A stretch of 64,000 nucleotides of DNA from an uncultured Actinomycetota bacterium (GCA_963737285.1 CAVTRT010000001.1:290578-354577), one strand, 5' to 3'. Numbered from the stretch's first letter, positions 40,797-51,498 are shown. Made by a program: numbers and translations. The notes: generated from the letters alone by a model not told the origin.

Positions 40797-43700
40797 TCAG
40801 GACACGGAGTGGGTGATGGTGGCGGTGTAGGTCCCGCCGATGGCCCCGGCTGGGACGGTGACGTTGATCATGGGGTCCCAGGTGGCGGTGGTGTTGCCGT
40901 CTACCTGGGTGGCGGCCACGACGGCCTGCGGGCTGCCCGACAGGGTCGCGGTGGTGACGTGGGTGAATGTGGCCGGGCCGGTGGCGGTGGCCAGGCCGGT
41001 GATGGCGTAGGAGGTGTCGCCGGCCGGGATGGTCTCGGCGGGCGAGCCGCTGCCGGTGGTGAAGTCGCCCGAGGAGACTGTCACAGTCCAGCTCGCGCCG
41101 AAGCCGCGGTCGTCGGTGACCGCGACAGTCCCCAGGCTGCCCTGGATGGCCGCGCCTGGCGGCCCGGCGCCCAGGCTCGCGCTGGCCGGGGCGGTGATCG
41201 TCAGCGGCCCGGCGATGATCGCGGTGGTCACGGTGCACTGGCTGGCGCTGGCTCCTGGCGGGCAGCTGCTGCCCGGCGCGGCCGAGGTCACGGTATTGGC
41301 CAGGGTCGTGCCGCCCGTCTCGGGGTTGGCGACGGTGACCGAGTAGGTGATGACCGCGGTGCCGCCAGGACTCAGGCTGCCGGTCCAGGTCAGCACCGGG
41401 CTGGCGTAGGAGACCGTGCCGGCAGTCGCGGCCGCGTCCCCGTCGTAGGCGCTGTCGTCCAGCACGCTGGTCAGGTCATCGGCGACAGCCGCGCCAGCGT
41501 AAGCGGTCTGGCCAGTGTCGGCCACGGTGATGGTGTACCGCACCACCGACCCGGGGGTGGTCGTGGCGACGCTGGCCGCCTTGGTGATGGTCAGGGCCGG
41601 GACCAGCACGGTAACGGCGGTGCTGCAGGCGGCCGGGGTCGGCCCGGACGCCGGGCAGCTGCTGCCCGGCGTCGGCGAGGCGATCGTGGCGGCGAGGACC
41701 TTGTTCCCTAGGTCGGGGTTGCTCACCGTGACCGAGAACGTGATGGTGGCCGACTGCCCGGGACCCAGGTCGCCGTCCCAGGCCAGGGTGGGACTGGCGA
41801 ACGAGACCATGCCGGCGGATGCGCCCGCGTCGTTGTCGTAGCTGGCGTCGTCCAGGACATCGGACAGCGGCAGGGAGAACGTGATGCCGGCGAGCGGCAC
41901 CCGGCCGCTGTTGGCGACCGTGACCGTGTACCCGACCACGCCGCCAGGCGTCGTGCTGCCCGAGCTGGCCGAGCTCGTCATCGTCACCATGGCCACTGGC
42001 ACGCTGGTCGCACAGCCGGGGTCGGTGCTGCCGGCAGCGCAGTTGCTGCCCGCCGCGGCCGAGGTGACCAGGGTGGCCAGGACCCGGTTCCCGGTATCAG
42101 GGTTGTCCACCGTGACCGAGAACGTCACGGTGGCGGCGGCCCCGACTGCGAGGCTGCCGGCCCAGGCCAGCACCGGGCTGGCATAGGAGACCGTGCCGGC
42201 AGTCGCGGCCGCGTCCCCGTCGTAGGCCGCGTCGTCCAGCAGCCCGGTCAGGTCGTCGGCGACGACCGCCCCGGTGTAGGGAGTCTGGCCGGTGTTGGTG
42301 ATCGTGATCGTGTAGTGCACGATGGCGCCCGGCACCGCGGTCGCGGACCCGGTGGTGGCCACGATGTCCAGCGCCGGGGTCAGCACCGCGGTGATGCTGC
42401 GGCACTGCGCGGCGGTGGTGCCAGGCGGGCAGGATGACCCCGGCGCGGCCGACGTCGCGGTGGTGATCAGCAGCTTGTCGCCCGTTCCGGGGCTGCTGAC
42501 CGTGACCGAGAATGTCACGGTCGCGGTCGCCCCGGGAGCCAGGCTGCCGGCCCAGGTCAAGGTGGGGCTGGCATAGGAGGTAGTACCGGACGTGGCGGCC
42601 GCGTCGCCGTCGTAGGCGGCGTCATCCAGCAGGCCGGACAGGTCGTCGGCAACGGTTATGCCGGCATACGGGGTCTGGCCCGAGTCGGTGATCGTGACCG
42701 TGTAGCCCACCACCGATCCCGGCACCGCCGCCGTGGCGCTCGGGGTGTTGGTAATGGCCAGCCCCGGGGTGAGCACCGGCACGCTCACCGAGCAGGCCGC
42801 CGCGGGCGCCGCGGCCGGGCAGTTGCTGCCCGCCGCAGCCGTCGTGATCGTGCTGGCCAGCACGTGATTGCCAGTATCGGGGCTGTCGACGGTAACGGTG
42901 CCGGTCACGGTGACCGTGCCGCCCACCGGGATGTCCCCGGTCCAGGTGACCGCCGCGCCGGTGATGCTCAGCGTGCCCGAGGACGCTGTCTGGTCCCCGT
43001 TGGGCACCGCGTCATCGAACACGTCAGCCGCATTGGTCGCGATCGTGATGTCGTCATACGGGGCCTGCCCGGTGTTGGTGAACGTCGCGGTGAACCGCAC
43101 CACGCTACCCGGCGTGGCCGACGCCACGCCCGCGGTATTCGCGATCGCCAGCGAGGCCACCGTCACGGTCGAGGAGCAGGCCGGGTCAGTGCCGCCCGCC
43201 GGGCAGTTGCCCCCGACCGCAGCCGAGGCCAGGGTGCTGGCGAGGATCTTGTTGCCGTTGTCAGGGTTGTTCACCGTGACCGAGAACGTGACCGTCGCGG
43301 CGGAGTTGCCGGGTACCGTGCCGGTCCAGGCCAGGTTCGGGCTGGTGAAGGTGACGGTGCCGGCGCTGGCCGTGGCGTCGCCGTTGTAAGACGCGTCGTC
43401 CAGCAGCCCGGCCAGCGAGTCAGTGAAGGCCACCCCGGCGTACGGGGTCGCGGCGGCGTTGGTCACGGTGACCGTGTAGTGCACGACGCCGCCGGCCACC
43501 GTCGAGGCGGCACCGGAGCTGATGGCGAAGGTGAGCAGGGCGGCCGCCTCCACTGGCACGCTGGTCGCACAGCCGGGGTCGGTGCTGCCGGCAGCGCAGT
43601 TGCTGCCCGCCGCGGCCGAGGTGACCAGGGTGGCCAGGACCCGGTTCCCGGTATCAGGGTTGTCCACCGTGACCGAGAACGTCACGGTGGCGGCGGCCCC

Positions 43701-46700
43701 GACTGCGAGGCTGCCGGCCCAGGCCAGCACCGGGCTGGCATAGGAGACCGTGCCGGCAGTCGCGGCGGCGTCCCCGTCGTAGGCCGCGTCGTCCAGCAGC
43801 CCGGTCAGGTCGTCGGCGACGACCGCCCCGGTGTAGGGAGTCTGGCCGGTGTTGGTGATCGTGATCGTGTAGTGCACGATGGCGCCCGGCACCGCGGTCG
43901 CGGACCCGGTGGTGGCCACGATGTCCAGCGCCGGGGTCAGCACCGCGGTGATGCTGCGGCACTGCGCGGCGGTGGTGCCAGGCGGGCAGGATGACCCCGG
44001 CGCGGCCGACGTCGCGGTGGTGATCAGCAGCTTGTCGCCCGTTCCGGGGCTGCTGACCGTGACCGAGAATGTCACGGTCGCGGTCGCCCCGGGAGCCAGG
44101 CTGCCGGCCCAGGTCAAGGTGGGGCTGGCATAGGAGGTAGTACCGGACGTGGCGGCCGCGTCGCCGTCGTAGGCGGCGTCATCCAGCAGGCCGGACAGGT
44201 CGTCGGCAACGGTTATGCCGGCATACGGGGTCTGGCCCGAGTCGGTGATCGTGACCGTGTAGCCCACCACCGATCCCGGCACCGCCGCCGTGGCGCTCGG
44301 GGTGTTGGTAATGGCCAGCCCCGGGGTGAGCACCGGCACGCTCACCGAGCAGGCCGCCGCGGGCGCCGCGGCCGGGCAGTTGCTGCCCGCCGCAGCCGTC
44401 GTGATCGTGCTGGCCAGCACGTGATTGCCAGTATCGGGGCTGTCGACGGTAACGGTGCCGGTCACGGTGACCGTGCCGCCCACCGGGATGTCCCCGGTCC
44501 AGGTGACCGCCGCGCCGGTGATGCTCAGCGTGCCCGAGGACGCTGTCTGGTCCCCGTTGGGCACCGCGTCATCGAACACGTCAGCCGCATTGGTCGCGAT
44601 CGTGATGTCGTCATACGGGGCCTGCCCGGTGTTGGTGAACGTCGCGGTGAACCGCACCACGCTACCCGGCGTGGCCGACGCCACGCCCGCGGTATTCGCG
44701 ATCGCCAGCGAGGCCACCGTCACGGTCGAGGAGCAGGCCGGGTCAGTGCCGCCCGCCGGGCAGTTGCCCCCGACCGCAGCCGAGGCCAGGGTGACCGCCA
44801 GCCGGTGATCGCCAGTGTCGGGATTGTGCACGGTGACCGAGAACGTGACCGTCGCGGTCGCCCCCGGCGCCAGGCTCCCCGTCCACGTCAGGCTCGGGCT
44901 GGCATAAGACACCGACCCCGACGTCGCGGCCGCGTCACCGTTATACGACGCGTCGTCCAGCACCCCGGCCAGCGACGCGGTGAAGCTCACCCCGGCGTCG
45001 GTAGTCTGGCCCGTGTTGTCGGCCACGATCGTGTAGGCGACGGCAGAGCCCGGCGCGGCGGTCGCGCTGCTCGCCGTAACGGAAAGGCCCAGCCCTGGGA
45101 TCAGCACGGGAACCGAGGTCGAGCACCGCGCGTCCGTGCTCCCGGCCGCGCAGTTGCTGCCCGCCGTGGCCGACGTCACGGTGGTGGCCAGGAACTTGTC
45201 CCCGCTGTCGTTACCGTTCACGGTTGCCGAGAACGTGACGGTCGCGGTCGCCCCAGTTGCCAGGCTGCCGGTCCAGGTCAGCACCGGGCTGGCATAGGAG
45301 ACCGTCCCTGCGGTGGCGGCCGCGTCGCCGTTGTAGGCCGCGTTGTCCAGCAGTCCGGCCAGCGAGTCCGCGACGGTAATGCCGGCATAGGGCGTCTGCC
45401 CCGTGTTGGTGATCGTGACCGTGTAGCGCACCACCGACCCCGGCGTGGCCGAGGCCACCCCGGCGGAGTTGATGATGGTCAGGGCGGGCACCAGGACGGT
45501 GACCGAGGTGCCGCAGGCCGACGCGGGCCTGGACGCCGGGCAGTTACTCGCGGGCGCCGGCGACGTGATCGCGGTGACCAGGGTCTTGTCGCCGGTGTCG
45601 GGGTTTTTCACGGTGACGGAGAAGGTAATGATGACCGTGGCCCCCACCGCCAGGCTGCCGGTCCAGGCCAGGTTCGGGCTGGTGTAGGACAGGCTGCCGG
45701 ATGTGGCGGTGGCGTCACCGTTGTAGACCGCATCATCCAGCGCCCCGGACAGCGAGTCGGTGATGCTCGCCCCGGTGTAGCTGGCCTGCCCGGTGTTGGC
45801 CACCGTGATGGTGTATCCCACCGCGGCGCCCGGCGTAGCCGAGGACGTGCTGGCGGTGGCGGTGATGGTAAGGCCCTGCACGGTGACGGTGGCCGTGCAG
45901 CGCGGGTCAGTGCCGCCCGCCGGGCAGTTGGTGCCGGCGGCGGCGGACGTGATCGCGGCGGTGAGGATCTTATTGCCGGTGTCGGGGCTGTTCACCGTGA
46001 CCGAGAACGTGATCGTCGCGGTGGCGCCCGCCGCCAGGCTGCCGGTCCAGGTCAGGCTCGGGCTCGCGTAGGACACCGTGCCGGACGTGGCGGTCGCGTT
46101 GGCGTTGTACGTGGCATCGTCCAGCACGCCGGCCAGCGAGTTGGCGACAGTGGCGCCACTGTAGGCGACCAGGCCGGAGTTGGTCACCGTGACGGTGTAG
46201 CCGACCACCGCGCCAGGCGCCGCCGAGGCCACCGCGGCGGTCTGCGTGATGGTCAGCGCCGACACCGGTACCGACACCGTGCAGCGCGCGTCGGTACCGC
46301 TTGCCGGGCAGTTGGTGGCCGTCGTCGGGGAGGTCACCGTGAAGGCGAGCGTGCCATTGCCGGCATACGGGTTGCTGACGGTGACCGAGAAGGTGACGGT
46401 GGCGGCGGCGCCCGCGGCCAGGTTGCCGGTCCAGGTCAGGCTCGAGCTATCGAAGGACACCGTGCCGGACGTGGCGGCGGCGTCGCCGTTGTAGGTCGCG
46501 TCGTCGAGCACGTCGGCCAGTGGCACCGTGTACGTGACGCCAGAGTAGGCGCTCGCGGCCGTGTTGGTGATCGTGACCGTGTAACGCACCACGCCACCCT
46601 GCGTGGCGGTGGACGTACCCGCGGAAGCGGCGATGACCAGCGGCCCGACCGCCACGGAAATGTTCAGGCTCTGTGTCGCGCTCAGGCCGAAGGAATCCGT

Positions 46701-49538
46701 CACCTTCACTGTGAAGGTGTACAGCCCCATCCCCGCCGGGGTACCCGACAGCACCCCGGTCGAGGCGTTCAGCGCCAGGCCGGGCGGCAGGCTGCCCGAT
46801 GAGACCGCCCAGGTGAAGGGACCCGTGCCGCCGGTGACGGCCAGCGTGTCACTGTAGGCCACCCCGGCCTGGCCGGCCGGAGGCGCTGGGTTGGACAGCG
46901 ACGGGGCGGCGGCGATCACCAGCGAGACAGCCTTGCTGGCGGTACCACCGGCCGTGTCGGCGACCTGGACCGTGAACGCGTAGCTGCCGCCCGCCGTGGG
47001 GGTACCGGACAGCAGCCCTGTGGAGGAGCCCAGCGAAAGCCCAGGCGGCAGGCTGCCGCTGCTGACGGACCAGGCCAGCGCCCCCGTGCCGCCCGTCGCG
47101 GTCAGCTGGTCGCTGTAAGGGATGCTGACCTCGCCGGCCGGCGGCGGCCCGAAGGTGAGGCTCGGGCTCGCGTTGACCGTCACCGCCGACGACATCGCCG
47201 AGGCCGGACCCGTGCCGGCCGCGTTGACCGCCGCGACCTTGAACGTGTAAGACGTGCCAGGCGTCAGCCCGGTCACCGACTCGGTGGTCGCGGTGCTGCT
47301 GAACGTCTGGGCCGCCTGCGCGACCCCCGCGATGTAGGGCGTGACCACGTACCCGGTGATCGCGCTGCCGCCGTTACTCGCCGGGGCGCTCCAGGTCACC
47401 GTGGCCGCCGAGTTTCCCGGACTGGGCGTGCCAATGACCGGCGCGCCGGGCAGGGTGTAGGGGACCACCGCGGCGGACTGGGGGCTGGCCGCGCCGGTGC
47501 CGATCGCGTTGACGGCCGCGACGGTGAACGTGTACGACCCCCCGGCGGTCAGGCCGGTCAGGGGCTGGGTGGTCGTGGAGGCTCCGAAGGACAGCGGCGT
47601 CTGGGCGACGCCGTTTAGGTAAGGGGTGACGACATATCCGGTAATCGGGCTGTTGTTACTGGCGGGCGCCGTCCAGGTCACGGTGGCACTAGTGATCCCG
47701 GCCGTCGCGGTGGGCGCTGCGGGCGTGCCTGGTATACCGGTGTAGGCGTAGCTGGCCGCCCCGGCAATGCCGAGCGTGACCACGGTGCAGTTGACCGTGG
47801 TGGACGCCGCCACGGCGGGCATCGAGGAGATGCTGAGGCTGCCGTTCGTGTTCACGGTGAAGCACCCGGCCGCCGGGCCGGACGCGCATGGCAGCAGGAC
47901 CACCGGGGTGCCTGCCTGCTGCTGGCTCGTCGTGCCGATCTCGATCGCGGTAGCACCCGAGATGTTCGTGCCGGACACCGTCACCGCGTTCCCGCCCGCG
48001 ATCGTCCCCGAGGTAGGGCTGACGGTAACGCCCGACGGGGCCAGGGGCAGCGTACCCGCGGTCGCGGAACTGGCCAGCGCGGGGTTGCCATCGATGGAGG
48101 ACGCCGTCGCTTTTGAGCCGGACTGAATCGTCGATGAGGTCACCCCCGACGCGGTGACGATCCCCTGCACGGTGAGCGGCGGCAGGGACGTCCCGGCCGC
48201 GAACGGGGTCGAGCTGTTGACACAGGTGATGACCTGTCCGGACGGCGCCGAGCAGGTCCACCCAGACCCGTACGCGCCCACCGGGGTCACGCCGGCCGGC
48301 ATCGTCTCGCTGACCGACACGGGGGAGCTCTCGCTGGCACCCGAGGCGGAGACAGAAGGGTTGACCGTATACGTCACCGGAGCGCCGAGTGCGGGCGATG
48401 CGGCGCTGTAGCTGGTCTGCGTCACCGCGAGCTGCGGTGTCGGAGTGAAGCTGACCACGTTGGCCGCGTCGATCTCGTGGAAGTCGGTGGAGCCGCCGGT
48501 AGAGCCCACCCAGCCGAAGGCGAGCTGCTCCGGGATCCCGCTGGACGTCACCCACGAGGACGGGTACAGGCCCGAGGGCACGGTCGGCAGCGTGCCCGAC
48601 AGCGTCGTGGCCGACCCGCCCACCGGGGTGAACACCACCTTGTACGTGCCAGCCGGGACCGTGATGCCCGAGGCGGTCGTCAACGACGCCGAGGTGGGGT
48701 TGATCGCGACCTCGACGGGCACCTCCGACCCGGCACGGGTTGTCGAGCGAAGCGCCAGCGCGGGCGACGACGTGCTCGTCGCGGTGCTGTTGATCGCGCA
48801 GTAGCCAACCGTGCCGTTGCCTGGCCCCCGGACCACGACCTGGCCCGGCACCGTCTTGCCATTCGTGGTGATGTAGGCGGGGTTGGTGCAGCCGCTTCCC
48901 TCATAGACGCTGTTGCTGAAGTTACCGAAGACATCCAGGCCGATGCCCAGGTAGGCGTCGGCCAGGCCGACCAGGCCGGATCCGGCGCTGGCCGAATAGC
49001 CGAGCGCACCGCCAGACTGCCCGATGTTCGCCGGCGACAGCGGGTTGGCCGGGTTGACCGCGGCCAGCACGAACGTGATGCCGTCGGCGCCATTGCCGCC
49101 GTACTGATAAGTATTGAAAGTCGCGTCAATGCCCTGGGAGGTCGGCACGCTCGTCGCGGCGAAGACACCGCCCTCCTCACCGGTCAAGGCGGCCGTCAGG
49201 CGGAGCTTGCCCGATCCTTGCGGGTCGGTACTGGACGGACAGCTATGCAGGACGCCGCTGCTGCTGTTTCCGGCGGCGGTCAGGCAGGCATAATTGGTTC
49301 CGGAGGGGCTGGACGGCACCGACACAGGATAGGTGGCATTGACGGTGTTATTGGCGAATGACTGGACGAAAAGGGTCGAGCCACTCGCCGCGGCGACCCG
49401 TGCAGGCACGGATACCGTCAGTCCGGCAAGCGCAAGGATAACGACCACAGCCGCCCTCCGGCCGGAATGCCCGCGCAAGAGCCATGCCGCCAGCAGCAGG
49501 CCGACCGAGACCGCCCCCACAACAAATGTCACGATCAT
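40797..49538 (-). CDS. Giant surface protein A (2913 aa): L-type lectin-like, Ig/IPT, 2 FN3, 2 He_PIG-like, 14 DUF11-like repeats, C-terminal WxL-like domain
   Basis: LRLT, GADGITFVL, GGALGY, GIGLDVFGN, STGGSTDFHEI (lectin-like); WTAP...Y.F.V.AVN (FN3); GSLPPGL.L..TG.LSGTPT; LDDAxYxGDA repeats; terminal GTYTATITHSVS. Confidence 0.85.
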   Translation of the reverse strand: MIVTFVVGAVSVGLLLAAWLLRGHSGRRAAVVVILALAGLTVSVPARVAAASGSTLFVQSFANNTVNATYPVSVPSSPSGTNYACLTAAGNSSSGVLHSCPSSTDPQGSGKLRLTAALTGEEGGVFAATSVPTSQGIDATFNTYQYGGNGADGITFVLAAVNPANPLSPANIGQSGGALGYSASAGSGLVGLADAYLGIGLDVFGNFSNSVYEGSGCTNPAYITTNGKTVPGQVVVRGPGNGTVGYCAINSTATSTSSPALALRSTTRAGSEVPVEVAINPTSASLTTASGITVPAGTYKVVFTPVGGSATTLSGTLPTVPSGLYPSSWVTSSGIPEQLAFGWVGSTGGSTDFHEIDAANVVSFTPTPQLAVTQTSYSAASPALGAPVTYTVNPSVSASGASESSPVSVSETMPAGVTPVGAYGSGWTCSAPSGQVITCVNSSTPFAAGTSLPPLTVQGIVTASGVTSSTIQSGSKATASSIDGNPALASSATAGTLPLAPSGVTVSPTSGTIAGGNAVTVSGTNISGATAIEIGTTSQQQAGTPVVLLPCASGPAAGCFTVNTNGSLSISSMPAVAASTTVNCTVVTLGIAGAASYAYTGIPGTPAAPTATAGITSATVTWTAPASNNSPITGYVVTPYLNGVAQTPLSFGASTTTQPLTGLTAGGSYTFTVAAVNAIGTGAASPQSAAVVPYTLPGAPVIGTPSPGNSAATVTWSAPASNGGSAITGYVVTPYIAGVAQAAQTFSSTATTESVTGLTPGTSYTFKVAAVNAAGTGPASAMSSAVTVNASPSLTFGPPPAGEVSIPYSDQLTATGGTGALAWSVSSGSLPPGLSLGSSTGLLSGTPTAGGSYAFTVQVADTAGGTASKAVSLVIAAAPSLSNPAPPAGQAGVAYSDTLAVTGGTGPFTWAVSSGSLPPGLALNASTGVLSGTPAGMGLYTFTVKVTDSFGLSATQSLNISVAVGPLVIAASAGTSTATQGGVVRYTVTITNTAASAYSGVTYTVPLADVLDDATYNGDAAATSGTVSFDSSSLTWTGNLAAGAAATVTFSVTVSNPYAGNGTLAFTVTSPTTATNCPASGTDARCTVSVPVSALTITQTAAVASAAPGAVVGYTVTVTNSGLVAYSGATVANSLAGVLDDATYNANATATSGTVSYASPSLTWTGSLAAGATATITFSVTVNSPDTGNKILTAAITSAAAGTNCPAGGTDPRCTATVTVQGLTITATASTSSATPGAAVGYTITVANTGQASYTGASITDSLSGALDDAVYNGDATATSGSLSYTSPNLAWTGSLAVGATVIITFSVTVKNPDTGDKTLVTAITSPAPASNCPASRPASACGTSVTVLVPALTIINSAGVASATPGSVVRYTVTITNTGQTPYAGITVADSLAGLLDNAAYNGDAAATAGTVSYASPVLTWTGSLATGATATVTFSATVNGNDSGDKFLATTVTSATAGSNCAAGSTDARCSTSVPVLIPGLGLSVTASSATAAPGSAVAYTIVADNTGQTTDAGVSFTASLAGVLDDASYNGDAAATSGSVSYASPSLTWTGSLAPGATATVTFSVTVHNPDTGDHRLAVTLASAAVGGNCPAGGTDPACSSTVTVASLAIANTAGVASATPGSVVRFTATFTNTGQAPYDDITIATNAADVFDDAVPNGDQTASSGTLSITGAAVTWTGDIPVGGTVTVTGTVTVDSPDTGNHVLASTITTAAAGSNCPAAAPAAACSVSVPVLTPGLAITNTPSATAAVPGSVVGYTVTITDSGQTPYAGITVADDLSGLLDDAAYDGDAAATSGTTSYASPTLTWAGSLAPGATATVTFSVTVSSPGTGDKLLITTATSAAPGSSCPPGTTAAQCRSITAVLTPALDIVATTGSATAVPGAIVHYTITITNTGQTPYTGAVVADDLTGLLDDAAYDGDAAATAGTVSYASPVLAWAGSLAVGAAATVTFSVTVDNPDTGNRVLATLVTSAAAGSNCAAGSTDPGCATSVPVEAAALLTFAISSGAASTVAGGVVHYTVTVTNAAATPYAGVAFTDSLAGLLDDASYNGDATASAGTVTFTSPNLAWTGTVPGNSAATVTFSVTVNNPDNGNKILASTLASAAVGGNCPAGGTDPACSSTVTVASLAIANTAGVASATPGSVVRFTATFTNTGQAPYDDITIATNAADVFDDAVPNGDQTASSGTLSITGAAVTWTGDIPVGGTVTVTGTVTVDSPDTGNHVLASTITTAAAGSNCPAAAPAAACSVSVPVLTPGLAITNTPSATAAVPGSVVGYTVTITDSGQTPYAGITVADDLSGLLDDAAYDGDAAATSGTTSYASPTLTWAGSLAPGATATVTFSVTVSSPGTGDKLLITTATSAAPGSSCPPGTTAAQCRSITAVLTPALDIVATTGSATAVPGAIVHYTITITNTGQTPYTGAVVADDLTGLLDDAAYDGDAAATAGTVSYASPVLAWAGSLAVGAAATVTFSVTVDNPDTGNRVLATLVTSAAAGSNCAAGSTDPGCATSVPVAMVTMTSSASSGSTTPGGVVGYTVTVANSGRVPLAGITFSLPLSDVLDDASYDNDAGASAGMVSFASPTLAWDGDLGPGQSATITFSVTVSNPDLGNKVLAATIASPTPGSSCPASGPTPAACSTAVTVLVPALTITKAASVATTTPGSVVRYTITVADTGQTAYAGAAVADDLTSVLDDSAYDGDAAATAGTVSYASPVLTWTGSLSPGGTAVITYSVTVANPETGGTTLANTVTSAAPGSSCPPGASASQCTVTTAIIAGPLTITAPASASLGAGPPGAAIQGSLGTVAVTDDRGFGASWTVTVSSGDFTTGSGSPAETIPAGDTSYAITGLATATGPATFTHVTTATLSGSPQAVVAATQVDGNTTATWDPMINVTVPAGAIGGTYTATITHSVS
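41993..44793. repeat. Near-identical 1244-bp intragenic direct repeat (41993-43236 and 43550-44793; offset 1557 bp)
   Basis: Shadow ORFs repeat at an exact 1557 offset; sequences match by eye except one synonymous change (~42209 vs ~43766). Confidence 0.9.
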
Positions 49539-49757
49539 GCTCAGAACCGATCCCCCGGGACGAATTAAGGCCGATAATCATTCACGTCAGCGACAAAGCA
49601 AAATTAACCCGGGAGCCATGGGGGAAATATGCGCTAACCCGGACAGCAATGGCAGGGCCTTTGCCTGTGCGGCGGCCTATAGCAACTCCGCCCTGCTAGT
49701 ATTACTACTCTACGGGTTCTTTTGGCAACTCTCCGTGTCTTGGAAAGGCAGGTGGCG

Positions 49758-50436
49758 ATGAATACCTCGCCGTGCACGATGCCCGCTCGAGCCACCGCGG
49801 TGCTGGCGGCCGGGCTGATGGCGATGCCCGCCGCGATGGCCGCGAGCCATCCGGTGGCGTCGCGCATGGCACCGGCGGCGAGCGCGGCCGCCACGCGGGG
49901 CGCGGCCTCCGGGGCGCGGGTACCCAGGGAGCCCGCGCTCACCATCAGCATCACCGACGGCCACGTCGCGGCGCGCGCTGGAGACGAGCTCACCTACACG
50001 GTGAGCGTCCGCGACAGCGGCGCGGCGGCCGTGCCGCGCCTCAGGGTCACCCAGACCCTGTCGGCCGGCCTGGAGCCTCCTGTCGGCCAGCGACCACGGC
50101 GTGGCCAGGGGCGAGCATGTGTCCTGGCCAGTCAGCCTGCCGGCGGGCGGCACGCGGGCCTTCCGGGTCGTCGCCCGGGTCACCAGGACGCCCGCGACAC
50201 TGCTGCGCCTGGCGGCCGTGGCCTGTGCCACGCTGCCGGGCAGCAGTCGCCCGGTCGTCTGCGCGGCTCACCTGGACCGGCTGCCCGCAGCCGCAGCCGG
50301 GCCGGCATCCCGGCCCGCCCGCTCCGTGGCAGGCGTGCTGCCATACACCGCGGGAGGCCTGGCCGTGCTCGCGCTCGGCCTGCTCACTGCCATCGCCGCC
50401 CGCCGCCGGGGCCGGCTGCGGCGCCGGCCCGCCTGA
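49758..50436 (+). CDS. Small DUF11-like surface protein with LPYTA sorting-like signal (frameshift ~50076)
   Basis: Signal peptide; LTISITDG...GDELTYTVSVRDSG; after the shift VSW.VSLPAG, then LPYTAGG + hydrophobic stretch + RRRGRLRRR tail. Confidence 0.6.
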
Positions 50437-50460
50437 CCGGCCGGCCAGTCCGCCGGCCGG

Positions 50461-51498
50461 TCAGGCGGCTAACCTGATAAAAGTCGGGAAGGCACGACGA
50501 CGGCGGTGCTGCAGCGCATACCACCCCATGACGACCACGAGGATGAGGACGAGGCCGCCAAGCCCTAGCCCGATCCGCTGCGTGTCGGACATGCCTGCCT
50601 GCGCGGCCACCCTCTCGGCGAGCAGGATGGTGGCCGTGGCCCTGGCCCTGGTCAGCCCGCTCACTAGGGTAACTGTGACCCGCCAGAAGCCTTGGGGCAG
50701 GCTCCTGGGCGCTGCGAAGGTCAAGTTCCCTGACTGCCCGGGCGCGAGGGTGACGATCTTCTGCGCGTGCAGCGGCCCGGAACTGGTGTTCCCTGGCCCG
50801 TCGGCAAGGCTCGCAGCGCCGTTCAAGTCGAGGGCCCGGCCACCGGTGTTGTTGACGTGGACGACGATGATCGGCTGGCCCGTGGGCGACCAGCGGCCGG
50901 TGATGGAGGTGATGTCGAAGCTAGTCGGCGGGGCGCCTCCCCGCCCGACCGCCACGTACATGCGGATCCCGACCCGGGATACCTCGACGACCGCGAAATT
51001 GGCTCTCGTCCGCGTACTAGCCCGCTGCTGGACCCAGATGACGCCGTAGTGCTCGCCCCGGGTCGCGCCCCGCGGCACCCTGATCGTGACCATGTCCATG
51101 ACGGACGCCCCTGGTGGCAGGGTGACCACGGGGTGCCGCACGCTGACCCAGGTGGTCAGCTCGTTGCGTGCCGCCCCGCTGTACCCGGTGAACTGCCCGC
51201 CAGTGATGTGGGCGGCAGCGGGATAGACGAAGAAGCGCGCAGTCTGCGGCTCATCATTCATGATGAGGATCCTGCGGTGGATGACCGTTCCGGTCGGGAG
51301 GTAGTCGATGATGTAGTCGAAGGCGCGCGGATTATCTGCCTCCGAGACAGGCACGTCGACGAGCCGGATGCCAAACTTCCCCGGCGACCTCGGCACGCCG
51401 GATTGGCGGGCCGAGGTCGCCGCACTGGCCACCGGGATCGAGATGCTCAAGATACCGATGGCCAGCGCGAGCATTATGGCGCTGATCGAGCGGCGCAC
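50461..51498 (-). CDS. DUF916-like membrane-anchored partner 3 (intact)
   Basis: Signal; FGIRLVD, NELTTWV, VTLPPG...IRVP..ATRGEHYGVIW, RVGIRMY, NNTG, TLAPG; C-terminal TM plus RRRR. Confidence 0.75.
   Translation of the reverse strand: MRRSISAIMLALAIGILSISIPVASAATSARQSGVPRSPGKFGIRLVDVPVSEADNPRAFDYIIDYLPTGTVIHRRILIMNDEPQTARFFVYPAAAHITGGQFTGYSGAARNELTTWVSVRHPVVTLPPGASVMDMVTIRVPRGATRGEHYGVIWVQQRASTRTRANFAVVEVSRVGIRMYVAVGRGGAPPTSFDITSITGRWSPTGQPIIVVHVNNTGGRALDLNGAASLADGPGNTSSGPLHAQKIVTLAPGQSGNLTFAAPRSLPQGFWRVTVTLVSGLTRARATATILLAERVAAQAGMSDTQRIGLGLGGLVLILVVVMGWYALQHRRRRAFPTFIRLAA

Noticed and set aside
41993-44793. Long repeat as a diversity-generating retroelement TR/VR pair
   Set aside because: No reverse transcriptase nearby, no adenine-specific mismatches; both copies are in-frame within one gene
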